IMG/VR virus record: IMGVR_UViG_3300032327_000172 | Span: 1-37,661 of that record | Reading direction: 5' to 3' (one strand) | Length of the DNA: 37,661 nucleotides | DNA from: a virus | Lineage: Duplodnaviria; Caudoviricetes | Part shown: positions 1 through 8,790 of the stretch, piece after piece | Position numbering within the stretch: the stretch's first letter is position 1 | Layout: the number at the start of each line of letters is the position of its first letter | Position numbers and translations under genes: made by a program | Notes under the pieces: generated by a model | The model's input: only the letters and a program-made list of their open reading frames with translations | Databases searched by the model: none | Told to the model about the DNA's origin: nothing

Positions 1-695
1 GTAGTACCTTGCACAATGACACCCGGCACACTTAGACTCTCTGCGTTTGGCAATCGTTGCTCGTCACTACTACCCATTGTTGGGAAATAGCCAGTAGCTG
101 CGACCATTACTTTTGATTGTTTAATCTTTTTACCTAATTCACTATCAACTGGAATATGAAATGTAGTAATGTTTGGGGTGAAATCATATGTGTTTGTTTC
201 AGGATTTACTATTGGCATAGCACTAGTACCGTCTGGTTTGTTGCCAGGATAGAATAGTAATCCACCTTCTAAGTAACCTTGCTTAGGACTGATCTTTTCA
301 AAGTATGGCCATAAACTAGCAAACTGATTAGCGAACTGTTGTCTAGCTTTAGGATCACCGCTACCAGTGCCCATCACAAATGCTTTAACATCATCTGGAC
401 TACGCATCACTGTAGATGCGCCACTACTTGTCTCAGTCTTGCCACTCTTTAAGTATTGCCAAGCATTCTTTGGGAACATACCAAAGTTACCTTGCTCGTC
501 ACGCCCCCAGTATACTACTGGCATACCGTCCCATTTCAATTCAATACTTCCGCCTTCTTCACCCATATGTCTTAGACGTTCAATCGCATGTAATCCACCA
601 TGACTCCCATCACTAACTATAAGGTCTTCAATGTGTTGATACTTGCGACCAACCTTTGGGCCTGCTGCTTCAGTTATGAATTCACGTAATTTCAT
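1..695 (-). CDS. DUF6267-like protein with KxDG (ligase-type nucleotidyltransferase) motif, truncated at window edge
   Basis: Not in the ORF track. Manual translation from ATG at 695 (ATGA overlap with upstream stop) gives MKLREFITEAAGPKVGRKYQHIEDL...ELKWDGMPVVYWGRD...YDFTPNITTFHIPVDSELGKKI, open to base 1. The HIEDL, KWDG and F.PN..T blocks match my recollection of the phage DUF6267 family. Confidence 0.75.
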   Translation of the reverse strand, partial: MKLREFITEAAGPKVGRKYQHIEDLIVSDGSHGGLHAIERLRHMGEEGGSIELKWDGMPVVYWGRDEQGNFGMFPKNAWQYLKSGKTETSSGASTVMRSPDDVKAFVMGTGSGDPKARQQFANQFASLWPYFEKISPKQGYLEGGLLFYPGNKPDGTSAMPIVNPETNTYDFTPNITTFHIPVDSELGKKIKQSKVMVAATGYFPTMGSSDEQRLPNAESLSVPGVIVQGT

Positions 696-1420
696 TTGAT
701 CATGTCCAATGTTTTACGGAACCACTCTAAGCTGCCTTCTTGTACTGGCTCACTAAAATACTTATCTTTAATTATTTTATATTTTTCAGGATATGGTTGC
801 AACGCTTTCAATACTTTTGGAGGATTACCCATATCATCTGCTGTAGCAGTAGGACCGATTATGATTTTTGCTATAGCGTCTTTATCATTAGTAACTAATT
901 CTTTTGTTTCTCTATCTACCAATCCTTTGTAGGGACTTAACATCATGCTATTATGTCCTGGAATCTGAGTCATGTTTGCTAGATCAGCCCATATAGCATG
1001 TAATGTTCCACCCTTCATATTGCTATCAGTATAGTCATGTGTATGTAATGGTTGTGCAGCTTTGGCATTCTCTACTGCCATCAAGTCTACTTGAACAAGT
1101 TCATCACCTACCCCTGTAGGAATACCAACATGTATGCTCACTCCTGTGCGGGCAGAAAACAATCCTTTTTCTTTGAAATAATCTTCTAATGCTTTGCGAC
1201 TTAATTTTAATTCTTTTGCCGGGAACACTGCCATCAATTCACTAGCATCTATCAATGCATCGATATCGCTGCTAACTTCTTTCTTACCTGCACTACCGAT
1301 CGGATATGTATTAATGCCCTTAGGTAATACTTTTTGCAAGTTTGTCATGGCAGCATTAAAATTGCTTTTTTGTATTGGTACCGCGTTAGGTACTACATTT
1401 CCACCTTCAAATAGTTTCAT
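692..1420 (-). CDS. Pol-beta-superfamily nucleotidyltransferase
   Basis: IGSAGKKEVSSDIDALID fits the hG[GS]x9-13DhD motif, with a third carboxylate in VQVDLM. Confidence 0.7.
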   Translation of the reverse strand: MKLFEGGNVVPNAVPIQKSNFNAAMTNLQKVLPKGINTYPIGSAGKKEVSSDIDALIDASELMAVFPAKELKLSRKALEDYFKEKGLFSARTGVSIHVGIPTGVGDELVQVDLMAVENAKAAQPLHTHDYTDSNMKGGTLHAIWADLANMTQIPGHNSMMLSPYKGLVDRETKELVTNDKDAIAKIIIGPTATADDMGNPPKVLKALQPYPEKYKIIKDKYFSEPVQEGSLEWFRKTLDMIK

Positions 1421-1421
1421 T

Positions 1422-1781
1422 TTAGTAACTCAACTTTACATAATTAACCAAACCCTGCTGGAAATCTACAATCTTTGCTCTCATATAAACAAAGTTTCCA
1501 GTGATGTTTGTATATTGACTAGCATTAGGATTATCGCTTCCGTTAAACTCGTACACATCAAACCATTGATTGTCAACTGATGCTGGATTTGCTAGTGTGG
1601 CCTGAATAACAATATTGCCAATAATATTGGTTACACTAAGATTAACTGTCTGTAAATCCCTGTTACCTAAGTAATAAGCAGCAGCAGGTTGTGCGTTCCC
1701 TACGACTGTATAGGGTGACGCATTTCCTGGATTTACGTAGGCTGTCTGCGGTAGCAGAATAAGTGTGGTAGATTGGCTCAT
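1422..1781 (-). CDS. hypothetical protein, beta-rich, possibly virion-associated
   Basis: 119-aa ORF tightly packed in an operon downstream of a late promoter. Confidence 0.6.
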   Translation of the reverse strand: MSQSTTLILLPQTAYVNPGNASPYTVVGNAQPAAAYYLGNRDLQTVNLSVTNIIGNIVIQATLANPASVDNQWFDVYEFNGSDNPNASQYTNITGNFVYMRAKIVDFQQGLVNYVKLSY

Positions 1782-1948
1782 TATGCTCGTACCACTTCTA
1801 CTACAACTGCTTCACCGACTAATTCTTGTGCAACTTGTTCTAGCGCAGTCTGAATGTCTGTTCCTACAAGTCCACCATTGTCGGTGTCTGAATCTTTAAC
1901 GATTTTGCTGAATTTGATGACTAATACATCTTCTACAATCTTTGCCAT
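1781..1948 (-). CDS. small hypothetical protein (55 aa)
   Basis: Manual translation MAKIVEDVLVIKFSKIVKDSDTDNGGLVGTDIQTALEQVAQELVGEAVVVEVVRA. GGAG SD upstream and TAATG overlap with the next gene; it fills the gap exactly. Confidence 0.75.
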   Translation of the reverse strand: MAKIVEDVLVIKFSKIVKDSDTDNGGLVGTDIQTALEQVAQELVGEAVVVEVVRA

Positions 1949-1950
1949 GG

Positions 1951-1980
1951 TAAATACTCCATTATTAATAGAGTATTTAT
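1951..1980 (-). promoter_or_regulatory. late promoter ATAAATA within an SD-sequestering hairpin
   Basis: Minus strand ATAAATACTC-TATTAATAATG-GAGTATTTA-CC-ATG; 9-bp inverted repeat 1951-1959/1971-1979 overlaps the GGAG SD. Confidence 0.65.
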
Positions 1981-1984
1981 CATT

Positions 1985-2716
1985 TTAGACAGGTACGGGT
2001 CGCTTTTCTAATTTATAGCGTTTTCCAAGCATATCACCATACATAAGCATCAAATAGCTTAATGTGCTTTCATTGTCATAGTCAATAGAATATGAACTAC
2101 TGCTATAGTGATATCTCCAACTACTCCTACTCGCAATTGGCCGTTTGACAAAATCGTTCAACCAAACTTTTAATGCATTGCTAGGAACCAATTCTTTGCT
2201 ATTCTTTATAGTATTATATAAATCCGGTACGAAATTTGAGTTATTATCAATATACGCAGTCTTTAAGTAAATCCTGTAGTTATGCTTTGGTTTATTAACA
2301 TAGTATTTTGTACCAGCAAATTGCTCTACTTTTACTTCTGTAATCTTTACTGTTACCAGTCCAAGATCCTTCAATGTAAGCAACAACTCTAAATTGTTGC
2401 TGTACACTGACATAGTATCATGCTCAAGTCTAAAAGTTATTAGACCAGGGTTTTTATTAGCATTACGCCAATCAATGAAGTTGTTAAGTTCATTGATCTT
2501 ACCCATTACTACCGCTTTTATATCTGGCCGAACCTTGCGATATCCAGATTCATTCAGTCTCTTGATCAACTCGCCCGGAGTTTTAGCATAGTTAGTAAAT
2601 GATAATCCATCAATAGCAAATTTAGCACGATATCTATAGTTGTTGTAATAGTTAGTTTCCTTATATTCATAGAAATCAATATTAGGAACGTTATTAACTG
2701 ACCTCAATAATCCCAT
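1985..2716 (-). CDS. hypothetical protein
   Basis: 243-aa ORF overlapping the clpA end; no recognisable motif. Confidence 0.7.
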   Translation of the reverse strand: MGLLRSVNNVPNIDFYEYKETNYYNNYRYRAKFAIDGLSFTNYAKTPGELIKRLNESGYRKVRPDIKAVVMGKINELNNFIDWRNANKNPGLITFRLEHDTMSVYSNNLELLLTLKDLGLVTVKITEVKVEQFAGTKYYVNKPKHNYRIYLKTAYIDNNSNFVPDLYNTIKNSKELVPSNALKVWLNDFVKRPIASRSSWRYHYSSSSYSIDYDNESTLSYLMLMYGDMLGKRYKLEKRPVPV

Positions 2717-4955
2717 TTTGGTTCACCTTAGCTGTTAGTTTATGTGTTACTGCAAAATCAATTGCACCGTCTGTCATCACAACATTGATTGTAGCAGATT
2801 TAATGCGTTCAAACAAGACTTTTTTACTTAGAGGCACCCGAATCAATTCATCAATCTTTCTTGCTAATGGTCGTGCGCCCATCTTCTTATCGTATCCTTG
2901 CTCTGCCAAGAATTCAACTACTGGCTCGCTCAAGTTCATTGTGATATCATGCTTGTCTATCAAACTCTTTTTCAAGTCATCGGTAAACTTGATAACAATC
3001 TTTTTGATAGCAAGTGTATCCAATTTGTTAAACTTGCAAATCAAATCAACACGATTACGAAACTCGGGCTTGAAAAATTCTTTCAATGCTTTATCATCTT
3101 CGCCCGTCTTTTCTTGTGTACCAAAACCAATGTTGTTGCGTTCGCTATCACTACTTCCCAAGTTACTGGTCATGATAATGATACTGTTTTTACAGTTAAC
3201 CTGCTTACCATTAGATCCAGTGATATGCCCTTCGTTTAACATCTGCAAGAAGATATTAAAGATATCTGGATGTGCTTTCTCGACCTCGTCAAACAGCATG
3301 ATGCTGTGTGGGTTCTTGCTCAAGTCATTAATCAATCGTCCACCACTTACTTGACTGTCACCAAACCCAACATAACCAGGAGGAGGTCCAATCAAGCTAC
3401 TAACACTATGCTTCTCACCATACTCACTCATATCATACTTGAGCAATGGCATATCTAAGTTCTTGCTCAATAGTTTAGCAAGTTCAGTTTTACCAGTACC
3501 AGTTGGGCCTAAGAATAAGAAGCTACCTGTTGGTTTAGTATCGTTGCCAATACCGGCAAAGTTAACATAGACTCGTTCAAGTACCTGTTGTACTGTTTTA
3601 TCTTGCCCATATAGTTTATCTTTGATGTTTGATTCTAAGTTGTGAATCAAATCAAAGTTATCACCCTTCATCTTGTCAGCGGGTACCCCAGTGAATCGTT
3701 CAACTTGGTCAAATATAAGTTCTTTAGTGATAGTTGCGCCCTTGTTCTCTGCTACACGTTGTTTAGCACAAGCGGCATCAAGCAAGTCAATACTCTTGTC
3801 TGGGTTCTTGCGGTCGTGTATATAACGGTCAGCACTTTCAACTGCTGCTTTGATTGCCTCATCTGTGATATTCACATCATGGAAATCATTCAGTCTAAGA
3901 CTTAATCCATTAAGAATACGTACTGTTGTATCATGGTTAGGTTCATCAACACTAATACGATAGAACCTACGCATCAATGCACGGTCCTTCTCAAAACTCT
4001 CGTAGTATTCTTCCCATGTTGTACTAGCAATAACTTTAAGAGTACCTTTAGTGATTGCTGGCTTAATCATGTTGCTAAAATCAACACTACCATTGTTTGC
4101 ACCACCTGCACCCTGCATAGTATGTGCTTCGTCAATGAACAGAATAGTCTTTTTCTTTGTGTTCAATGCTTCCAATACTTGCTTGACTTTTTCTTCAAAG
4201 TCACCGCGATATTTACTACCAGCAAGTAAGCTACCTACTTCTAAACTGTATAGTTGATGGTCCTGCAAGAATTCAGGGACTTCTTTGTTAATCATCATCT
4301 GTGCTAGCCCTTCAGCGATTGCTGTTTTACCAACACCAGGATCGCCGACCATCAATACATTACTCTTAAATCGTTTAGCAAGTACATTGATAATGTCATC
4401 AAGTTCTTTGCCGCGACCGATCAATGGCTCAAGTTTACCTTGTTCTGCCAATTGTGTCAGGTTGATTGTGTATTCTTCAAGGATTTCGTCAGCTTGATTG
4501 TCAGTTAGATTTCCAGTCTCACCGTGCTTATAATGTTTCTGCCAGTGTGCTACAAATTCATTTTTGTTGATTCCATATTTCAATAAGAAATAATGTGCAT
4601 GACTATTGCCTTCACTTGCAATACTCAAATACAAATCAACTGTTGTAACTTGTCTACGCCCACTGAACAATACTTGAGTAACACAGCGATTCATTACTCG
4701 TTCTAAACTATTAGTTTTGCGAGGAACTACATCAGTATCTTTGCTTACAATAGCATGTAAGCTATCCAAGTATGCGTTAATCTCTTGGTCCATTGTTTCA
4801 ACATCTGCGCCAAAACTATGTAAACATTTTTTGAATGAACTATGATTTACTAATCCAAGTAGTAAATGTTCTACTGTTACATATTGGTGTTTTCTTTCTT
4901 TGGCAGATTGAATAGCACTTTCAATAATACTATCAATTTCGGGTGAGTGGTTCAT
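2694..4955 (-). CDS. clpA: ATP-dependent Clp protease ATP-binding subunit ClpA
   Basis: Clp N-domain (VTVEHLLLGL) and two AAA+ modules (GDPGVGKT/FIDEAH; GPTGTGKT/LFDEVEKAH), IGF ClpP-docking loop (NNIGFG), GARPL; no ClpB M-domain. Confidence 0.95.
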   Translation of the reverse strand: MNHSPEIDSIIESAIQSAKERKHQYVTVEHLLLGLVNHSSFKKCLHSFGADVETMDQEINAYLDSLHAIVSKDTDVVPRKTNSLERVMNRCVTQVLFSGRRQVTTVDLYLSIASEGNSHAHYFLLKYGINKNEFVAHWQKHYKHGETGNLTDNQADEILEEYTINLTQLAEQGKLEPLIGRGKELDDIINVLAKRFKSNVLMVGDPGVGKTAIAEGLAQMMINKEVPEFLQDHQLYSLEVGSLLAGSKYRGDFEEKVKQVLEALNTKKKTILFIDEAHTMQGAGGANNGSVDFSNMIKPAITKGTLKVIASTTWEEYYESFEKDRALMRRFYRISVDEPNHDTTVRILNGLSLRLNDFHDVNITDEAIKAAVESADRYIHDRKNPDKSIDLLDAACAKQRVAENKGATITKELIFDQVERFTGVPADKMKGDNFDLIHNLESNIKDKLYGQDKTVQQVLERVYVNFAGIGNDTKPTGSFLFLGPTGTGKTELAKLLSKNLDMPLLKYDMSEYGEKHSVSSLIGPPPGYVGFGDSQVSGGRLINDLSKNPHSIMLFDEVEKAHPDIFNIFLQMLNEGHITGSNGKQVNCKNSIIIMTSNLGSSDSERNNIGFGTQEKTGEDDKALKEFFKPEFRNRVDLICKFNKLDTLAIKKIVIKFTDDLKKSLIDKHDITMNLSEPVVEFLAEQGYDKKMGARPLARKIDELIRVPLSKKVLFERIKSATINVVMTDGAIDFAVTHKLTAKVNQNGIIEVS

Positions 4956-5758
4956 TTTATATTCCTTTGTTGTTTATATGCTGCAATACTATTTACTATC
5001 TGCTCGTCAATGATATCAGGGATGAATGGTTTGAACAATATAATTTGGTCTCCGTAACCACTTGAGTTATAAATGGGCATTCCATGCCCAGCTAGTTTTA
5101 ATTGCATGTATGGTTGTGTTTTTGGTTTGACCGTGACTTCTAATGTCTTTCCAGCTAATGTTGTGAATTCAAAAGTTGTTCCAACAATCAAATCCAATAC
5201 TGATATTTGATGGTTGCACAATAAATCATTACCCTGTCTTTCATACTTAAGATGTGGTACAATATGAAAATCTACCATTAAACTAGCACCATCTATAACA
5301 TTGTCAATACGCATTTGATTACCATTATTAATTCCTTTGGGAATTTTAATAGTTACTGCGTGTGTGTTTGTTGGTGTCTGTAGTTTGAGTATCTGTTCGC
5401 CACCGTGATATGCTTGTTCAAGTGTGACACCCACTGTGGTTCTGAATGTTTGCGGTTGATTTCTTCGTTGCTGTCCAAACGGGTCAAACGGGTTGCCGCC
5501 ACCAAACATCTGACTAAAGATATGTTCAAAGCCTGGGGGAACTCCGCCTTGTTGATGGAATCCTTGCGGTTGAGGACTATCGTATTGTTGACGTTTGTCT
5601 GGGTTGCTTAGTGTATCGTAAGCGGCTTGTATCTCTTGGAACTTAGCCTTGTCACCGCCCTTGTCAGGATGATGCTGACTAGCCAGTTTGCGATATGCTT
5701 TTTTGATTTCGTCAGGTGTAGCAGTCTTGCTAACACCCAAAGTATTGTAATGGTCCAT
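4952..5758 (-). CDS. dnaJ: DnaJ/CbpA-type co-chaperone (no Zn finger)
   Basis: J-domain with HPD (HHPDKGG), G/F-rich linker, C-terminal DnaJ_C domain. Confidence 0.9.
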   Translation of the reverse strand: MDHYNTLGVSKTATPDEIKKAYRKLASQHHPDKGGDKAKFQEIQAAYDTLSNPDKRQQYDSPQPQGFHQQGGVPPGFEHIFSQMFGGGNPFDPFGQQRRNQPQTFRTTVGVTLEQAYHGGEQILKLQTPTNTHAVTIKIPKGINNGNQMRIDNVIDGASLMVDFHIVPHLKYERQGNDLLCNHQISVLDLIVGTTFEFTTLAGKTLEVTVKPKTQPYMQLKLAGHGMPIYNSSGYGDQIILFKPFIPDIIDEQIVNSIAAYKQQRNIK

Positions 5759-5764
5759 TCAGTA

Positions 5765-5793
5765 AGTATAGCACACTATGATGCTATTGTCAA
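5765..5793 (-). promoter_or_regulatory. sigma70-type promoter, leaderless for dnaJ
   Basis: TTGACA-17nt-TATACT followed by 6 nt and the ATG at 5758. Confidence 0.75.
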
Positions 5794-5797
5794 CACT

Positions 5798-6397
5798 TTA
5801 GTTAGCGCCGGCGACCTTTTCTTTAGTACGTCCGTATGCTGCAATACCCAAAACAGCACCCATAGCTATGTGGTATAGTCCTGCACCTTGTAATGTCAAT
5901 GGTTGCCATTGGCTAGTTACTGCACCTTTGTTTAGTGCTTGTAGTAGACTCCAAAGAATAGGGAATAAAATGAAGTCTGTAAAACATGTGGCCATATATA
6001 ACCAACCCATTGCAGGACGCCATTTTGAATTTATCCAGTGTTCGCTTTCTTTGTCGTTTGCAACTAATACATCAGCACCACTAGCTGCGTTAGTTGGAGC
6101 AGCACCGGTCAATACTGGTTGTTGTCCAGTTGATTGATTGATGTTTTGGGTACTTCCAAATCCTGTATTTGGTTGTGTGTTGAAGCTAGGGGAGTTAAAA
6201 CTGTTTTGATTGAATCCAGACGTTCCTGTTCCAAACGTTGAATTTCCACCAAAGCCTGTTGTAGTGCTTGTTGTTCCATAACTACTTCCTTGTGGAAATT
6301 GCGGTATAGTTGGATCCGCTGCTAATACTTCATGATGGTCGTCACTCTTTGCTAGTGCTGAATCTGTTGTTGCTTTTTGTGCTAGTATTGTTGCCAT
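5798..6397 (-). CDS. 3TM (GTA-type) holin-family membrane protein with low-complexity N-terminus
   Basis: WINSKWRPAMGWLY signature, hydrophobic helices, C-terminal GxxAYGRTKEK. Confidence 0.7.
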   Translation of the reverse strand: MATILAQKATTDSALAKSDDHHEVLAADPTIPQFPQGSSYGTTSTTTGFGGNSTFGTGTSGFNQNSFNSPSFNTQPNTGFGSTQNINQSTGQQPVLTGAAPTNAASGADVLVANDKESEHWINSKWRPAMGWLYMATCFTDFILFPILWSLLQALNKGAVTSQWQPLTLQGAGLYHIAMGAVLGIAAYGRTKEKVAGAN

Positions 6398-6398
6398 A

Positions 6399-6947
6399 TT
6401 ATAATCCTGCCATTGCTATATATGCTTTAATCTCGCTGTCCGGTTTACCGTACAAGTTTACTGTTTCTAAACCAGCACGCCTACGCATCTCATTCAATCC
6501 TTCTTGATCTTCATTTTCTTCACGATATTCATGCGGGCTAATAGTGATATGTTGTTTTAATATTTCAGGATCAGCAGTATAATCTTTTCCATCTATTTTA
6601 ACATCCCAGTCATTTACTGTTAAATCGGTAAGTGTTTCTAAATCTTCAATTAATTCTACAATGCGTTCTGGTACTTTTGTTCTGCGTTTCATTTCCACAA
6701 ATACTAGATATCTTCCAGGGCTTAATTCACCTTCACTGATACTTGAATCTAATATCCAATCATACCCACGTTCGAACCAATCAACCAAATCATTGCCTGC
6801 TGCTTCACTTTTAACAATAAATGCCAGTGTAACAATATCACTGTCCTTACCCATCTTGGCAGCATATTCATCTACAGAAACGGTAGGTTCTATTTGGTCT
6901 ACCATATCCAAATAATCTAGGCCTTCATTAATGATTTTTTTTGTCAT
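6399..6947 (-). CDS. hypothetical phage protein, possible head-associated
   Basis: 182 aa, acidic; N-terminal IINE and a twice-repeated C-terminal ...AGL motif. Confidence 0.65.
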   Translation of the reverse strand: MTKKIINEGLDYLDMVDQIEPTVSVDEYAAKMGKDSDIVTLAFIVKSEAAGNDLVDWFERGYDWILDSSISEGELSPGRYLVFVEMKRRTKVPERIVELIEDLETLTDLTVNDWDVKIDGKDYTADPEILKQHITISPHEYREENEDQEGLNEMRRRAGLETVNLYGKPDSEIKAYIAMAGL

Positions 6948-6955
6948 GTTACGCC

Positions 6956-7540
6956 TTACATTGGGGCTTGAGGTTGTGCCATATCATCAGTAGCTGCTTG
7001 ATTTTCGTCTTGATCTTGGCCATCATCTTTATCTAAATCTTCATCGTATGAATTATCTAATTCTTCTAAATCAATTGTTTGTCCAGCCAAATCAATAGAA
7101 CCTTCTTTGATATCATCTAACAATTCTTTAGGGATTTCAATATACACAAACCAAACTTTCTTTGGTTTCATCTTTGGATATCTACTACCAGGGACATAAT
7201 CTTCGTAGTCTTTAACTTCAACTGGAACTTCTATCTTGGATTTAGCAAATTTAACCTTGCACCCAATTGCTACTAATCGTCTAGCACCTTTTGGATTTGG
7301 CATTAAATCATATGGCCACATGAATATGCAATTGACAGAGTAGCGTTTTACTACCGGACCTTGAACTAATTCTCCTAATTCCCAGTTGCGGTATGCATAT
7401 AAATCAGATTCGTCTAATACTCTTTCAAAGTCTAGAAGTGTACTCATAGAACCATCGCTGGTAAATATACCTTTTACGGTATCAATAATGCTGACAAAAT
7501 CAACATTATCAAAAAAATTGTCGGCGGTTTCGTGCTTCAT
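6956..7540 (-). CDS. hypothetical phage protein
   Basis: 194 aa with acidic tail; directly after a late promoter box. Confidence 0.65.
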   Translation of the reverse strand: MKHETADNFFDNVDFVSIIDTVKGIFTSDGSMSTLLDFERVLDESDLYAYRNWELGELVQGPVVKRYSVNCIFMWPYDLMPNPKGARRLVAIGCKVKFAKSKIEVPVEVKDYEDYVPGSRYPKMKPKKVWFVYIEIPKELLDDIKEGSIDLAGQTIDLEELDNSYDEDLDKDDGQDQDENQAATDDMAQPQAPM

Positions 7541-7545
7541 TAATA

Positions 7546-7552
7546 TATTTAT
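7546..7552 (-). promoter_or_regulatory. late promoter ATAAATA (leaderless)
   Basis: ATAAATA-tatta-ATG(7540). Confidence 0.6.
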
Positions 7553-7711
7553 CTTTTATTGATTATTAGCACTAATAAGAAAAATCTTGACCTTAGCCTT
7601 ATATTTAGTCTAGTAAACTGTGTTAAAAGTATACTACTTTGAATCATCAAGAGTTCCTTAAATAATATTGAGTATTATGAGTACTCACGCTCTTATAAAG
7701 GAGAATTTACA

Positions 7712-8497
7712 TTGAGCAAAAGGAAAACCAGTGCTTTACGCACTACTCAGCAAGATCCACGCTTTTCAAGCAAAAACAAAACAAATCAAACTTTTTACAT
7801 GAAAGAATCAAAAACAATAGATTTCGCACAAGCACAAAAATCTGTAAGGATCAATAAAAGACCCGTACAGTTAGTCCCTAAATCCTTGAATCAAGAAAAT
7901 TACATAATGGCGTTACTAGATGAAAACACCGATATCGTTGTTGTCACTGGTCCAGCCGGTACAGGTAAAACTTATTTAGCAATGCAGGCGGCTATTAAGG
8001 CAATGCGTGATGGAGAATGTGATAGAATCATATTGTCTAGACCCGCAGTAGGAGTGGATGATGAAAAACATGGCTTCTTACCAGGTGATATCAATCAAAA
8101 GATGGAACCGTGGACAAGACCTTTATTAGATGTATTACGTGAGTATTACACACAAGCAGAAATAACCCACATGTTAGCTGAACAGATTATAGAGATTGCC
8201 CCATTAGCATTCTGTCGTGGTCGTAACTTCAAACATAGCTGGGTAGTGTTAGATGAAGCGCAAAATGCAACACCTGGTCAACTCAAAATGATTATGACTA
8301 GAATCGGCGTTGGTAGTAAGATTGTAATTACTGGCGACATTGAACAAGCCGATAGAAAAACAGCCGACAATGGGCTACTAGACTTACAAAATCGATTGAG
8401 GAAGGGGGTGATACCAGGGTTGCAATTGTGCAAATTTGACATTAAAGATGTTCAGAGGCACCGCATCATTGAGCATGTACTTAACTTGTACAGTTAA
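7712..8497 (+). CDS. phoH: PhoH-family ATPase
   Basis: GPAGTGKT Walker A, GFLPGD, RGRNF, LDEAQN, GDIEQAD, RH motifs; AAGGAG SD before a TTG start; TAAATA at 7659-7664. Confidence 0.93.
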   Translation: MSKRKTSALRTTQQDPRFSSKNKTNQTFYMKESKTIDFAQAQKSVRINKRPVQLVPKSLNQENYIMALLDENTDIVVVTGPAGTGKTYLAMQAAIKAMRDGECDRIILSRPAVGVDDEKHGFLPGDINQKMEPWTRPLLDVLREYYTQAEITHMLAEQIIEIAPLAFCRGRNFKHSWVVLDEAQNATPGQLKMIMTRIGVGSKIVITGDIEQADRKTADNGLLDLQNRLRKGVIPGLQLCKFDIKDVQRHRIIEHVLNLYS

Positions 8498-8522
8498 AAA
8501 AAGGGGCAATTTGCCCCTTTTT
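8496..8522. terminator. bidirectional intrinsic terminator
   Basis: AAAAAAAGGGGCAA-T-TTGCCCCTTTTT hairpin flanked by A and T tracts between convergent genes. Confidence 0.85.
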
Positions 8523-8790
8523 ACTTCTTCTGAGTTTCACTCTCAGTATTATTCTTTTCTAATTGGTCAACTAATGTAGGATATACTTTTCTATAGTATT
8601 CATTTAACTTCTCCCAACCAGTGTCTATAGTGTTACCTTCAATGACACATTTCTGTACTTTTTGTTTTGCATAATCTAATATGACATTGCAAGTTTGAAG
8701 GTCTGAGGTTCTTAGTCTTTTACTAATGCTAATTTGTTCATCGATCTGTCCGTTGGGTTTACGAACAAATACAATCAATAGATATCTCAT
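8521..8790 (-). CDS. hypothetical protein
   Basis: 89-aa ORF with ATGA overlap. Confidence 0.65.
   Translation of the reverse strand: MRYLLIVFVRKPNGQIDEQISISKRLRTSDLQTCNVILDYAKQKVQKCVIEGNTIDTGWEKLNEYYRKVYPTLVDQLEKNNTESETQKK

Noticed and set aside
367-6915. Plus-strand ORFs opposite the NTase, clpA, dnaJ and holin genes
   Set aside because: They overlap well-supported minus-strand genes and lack motifs.
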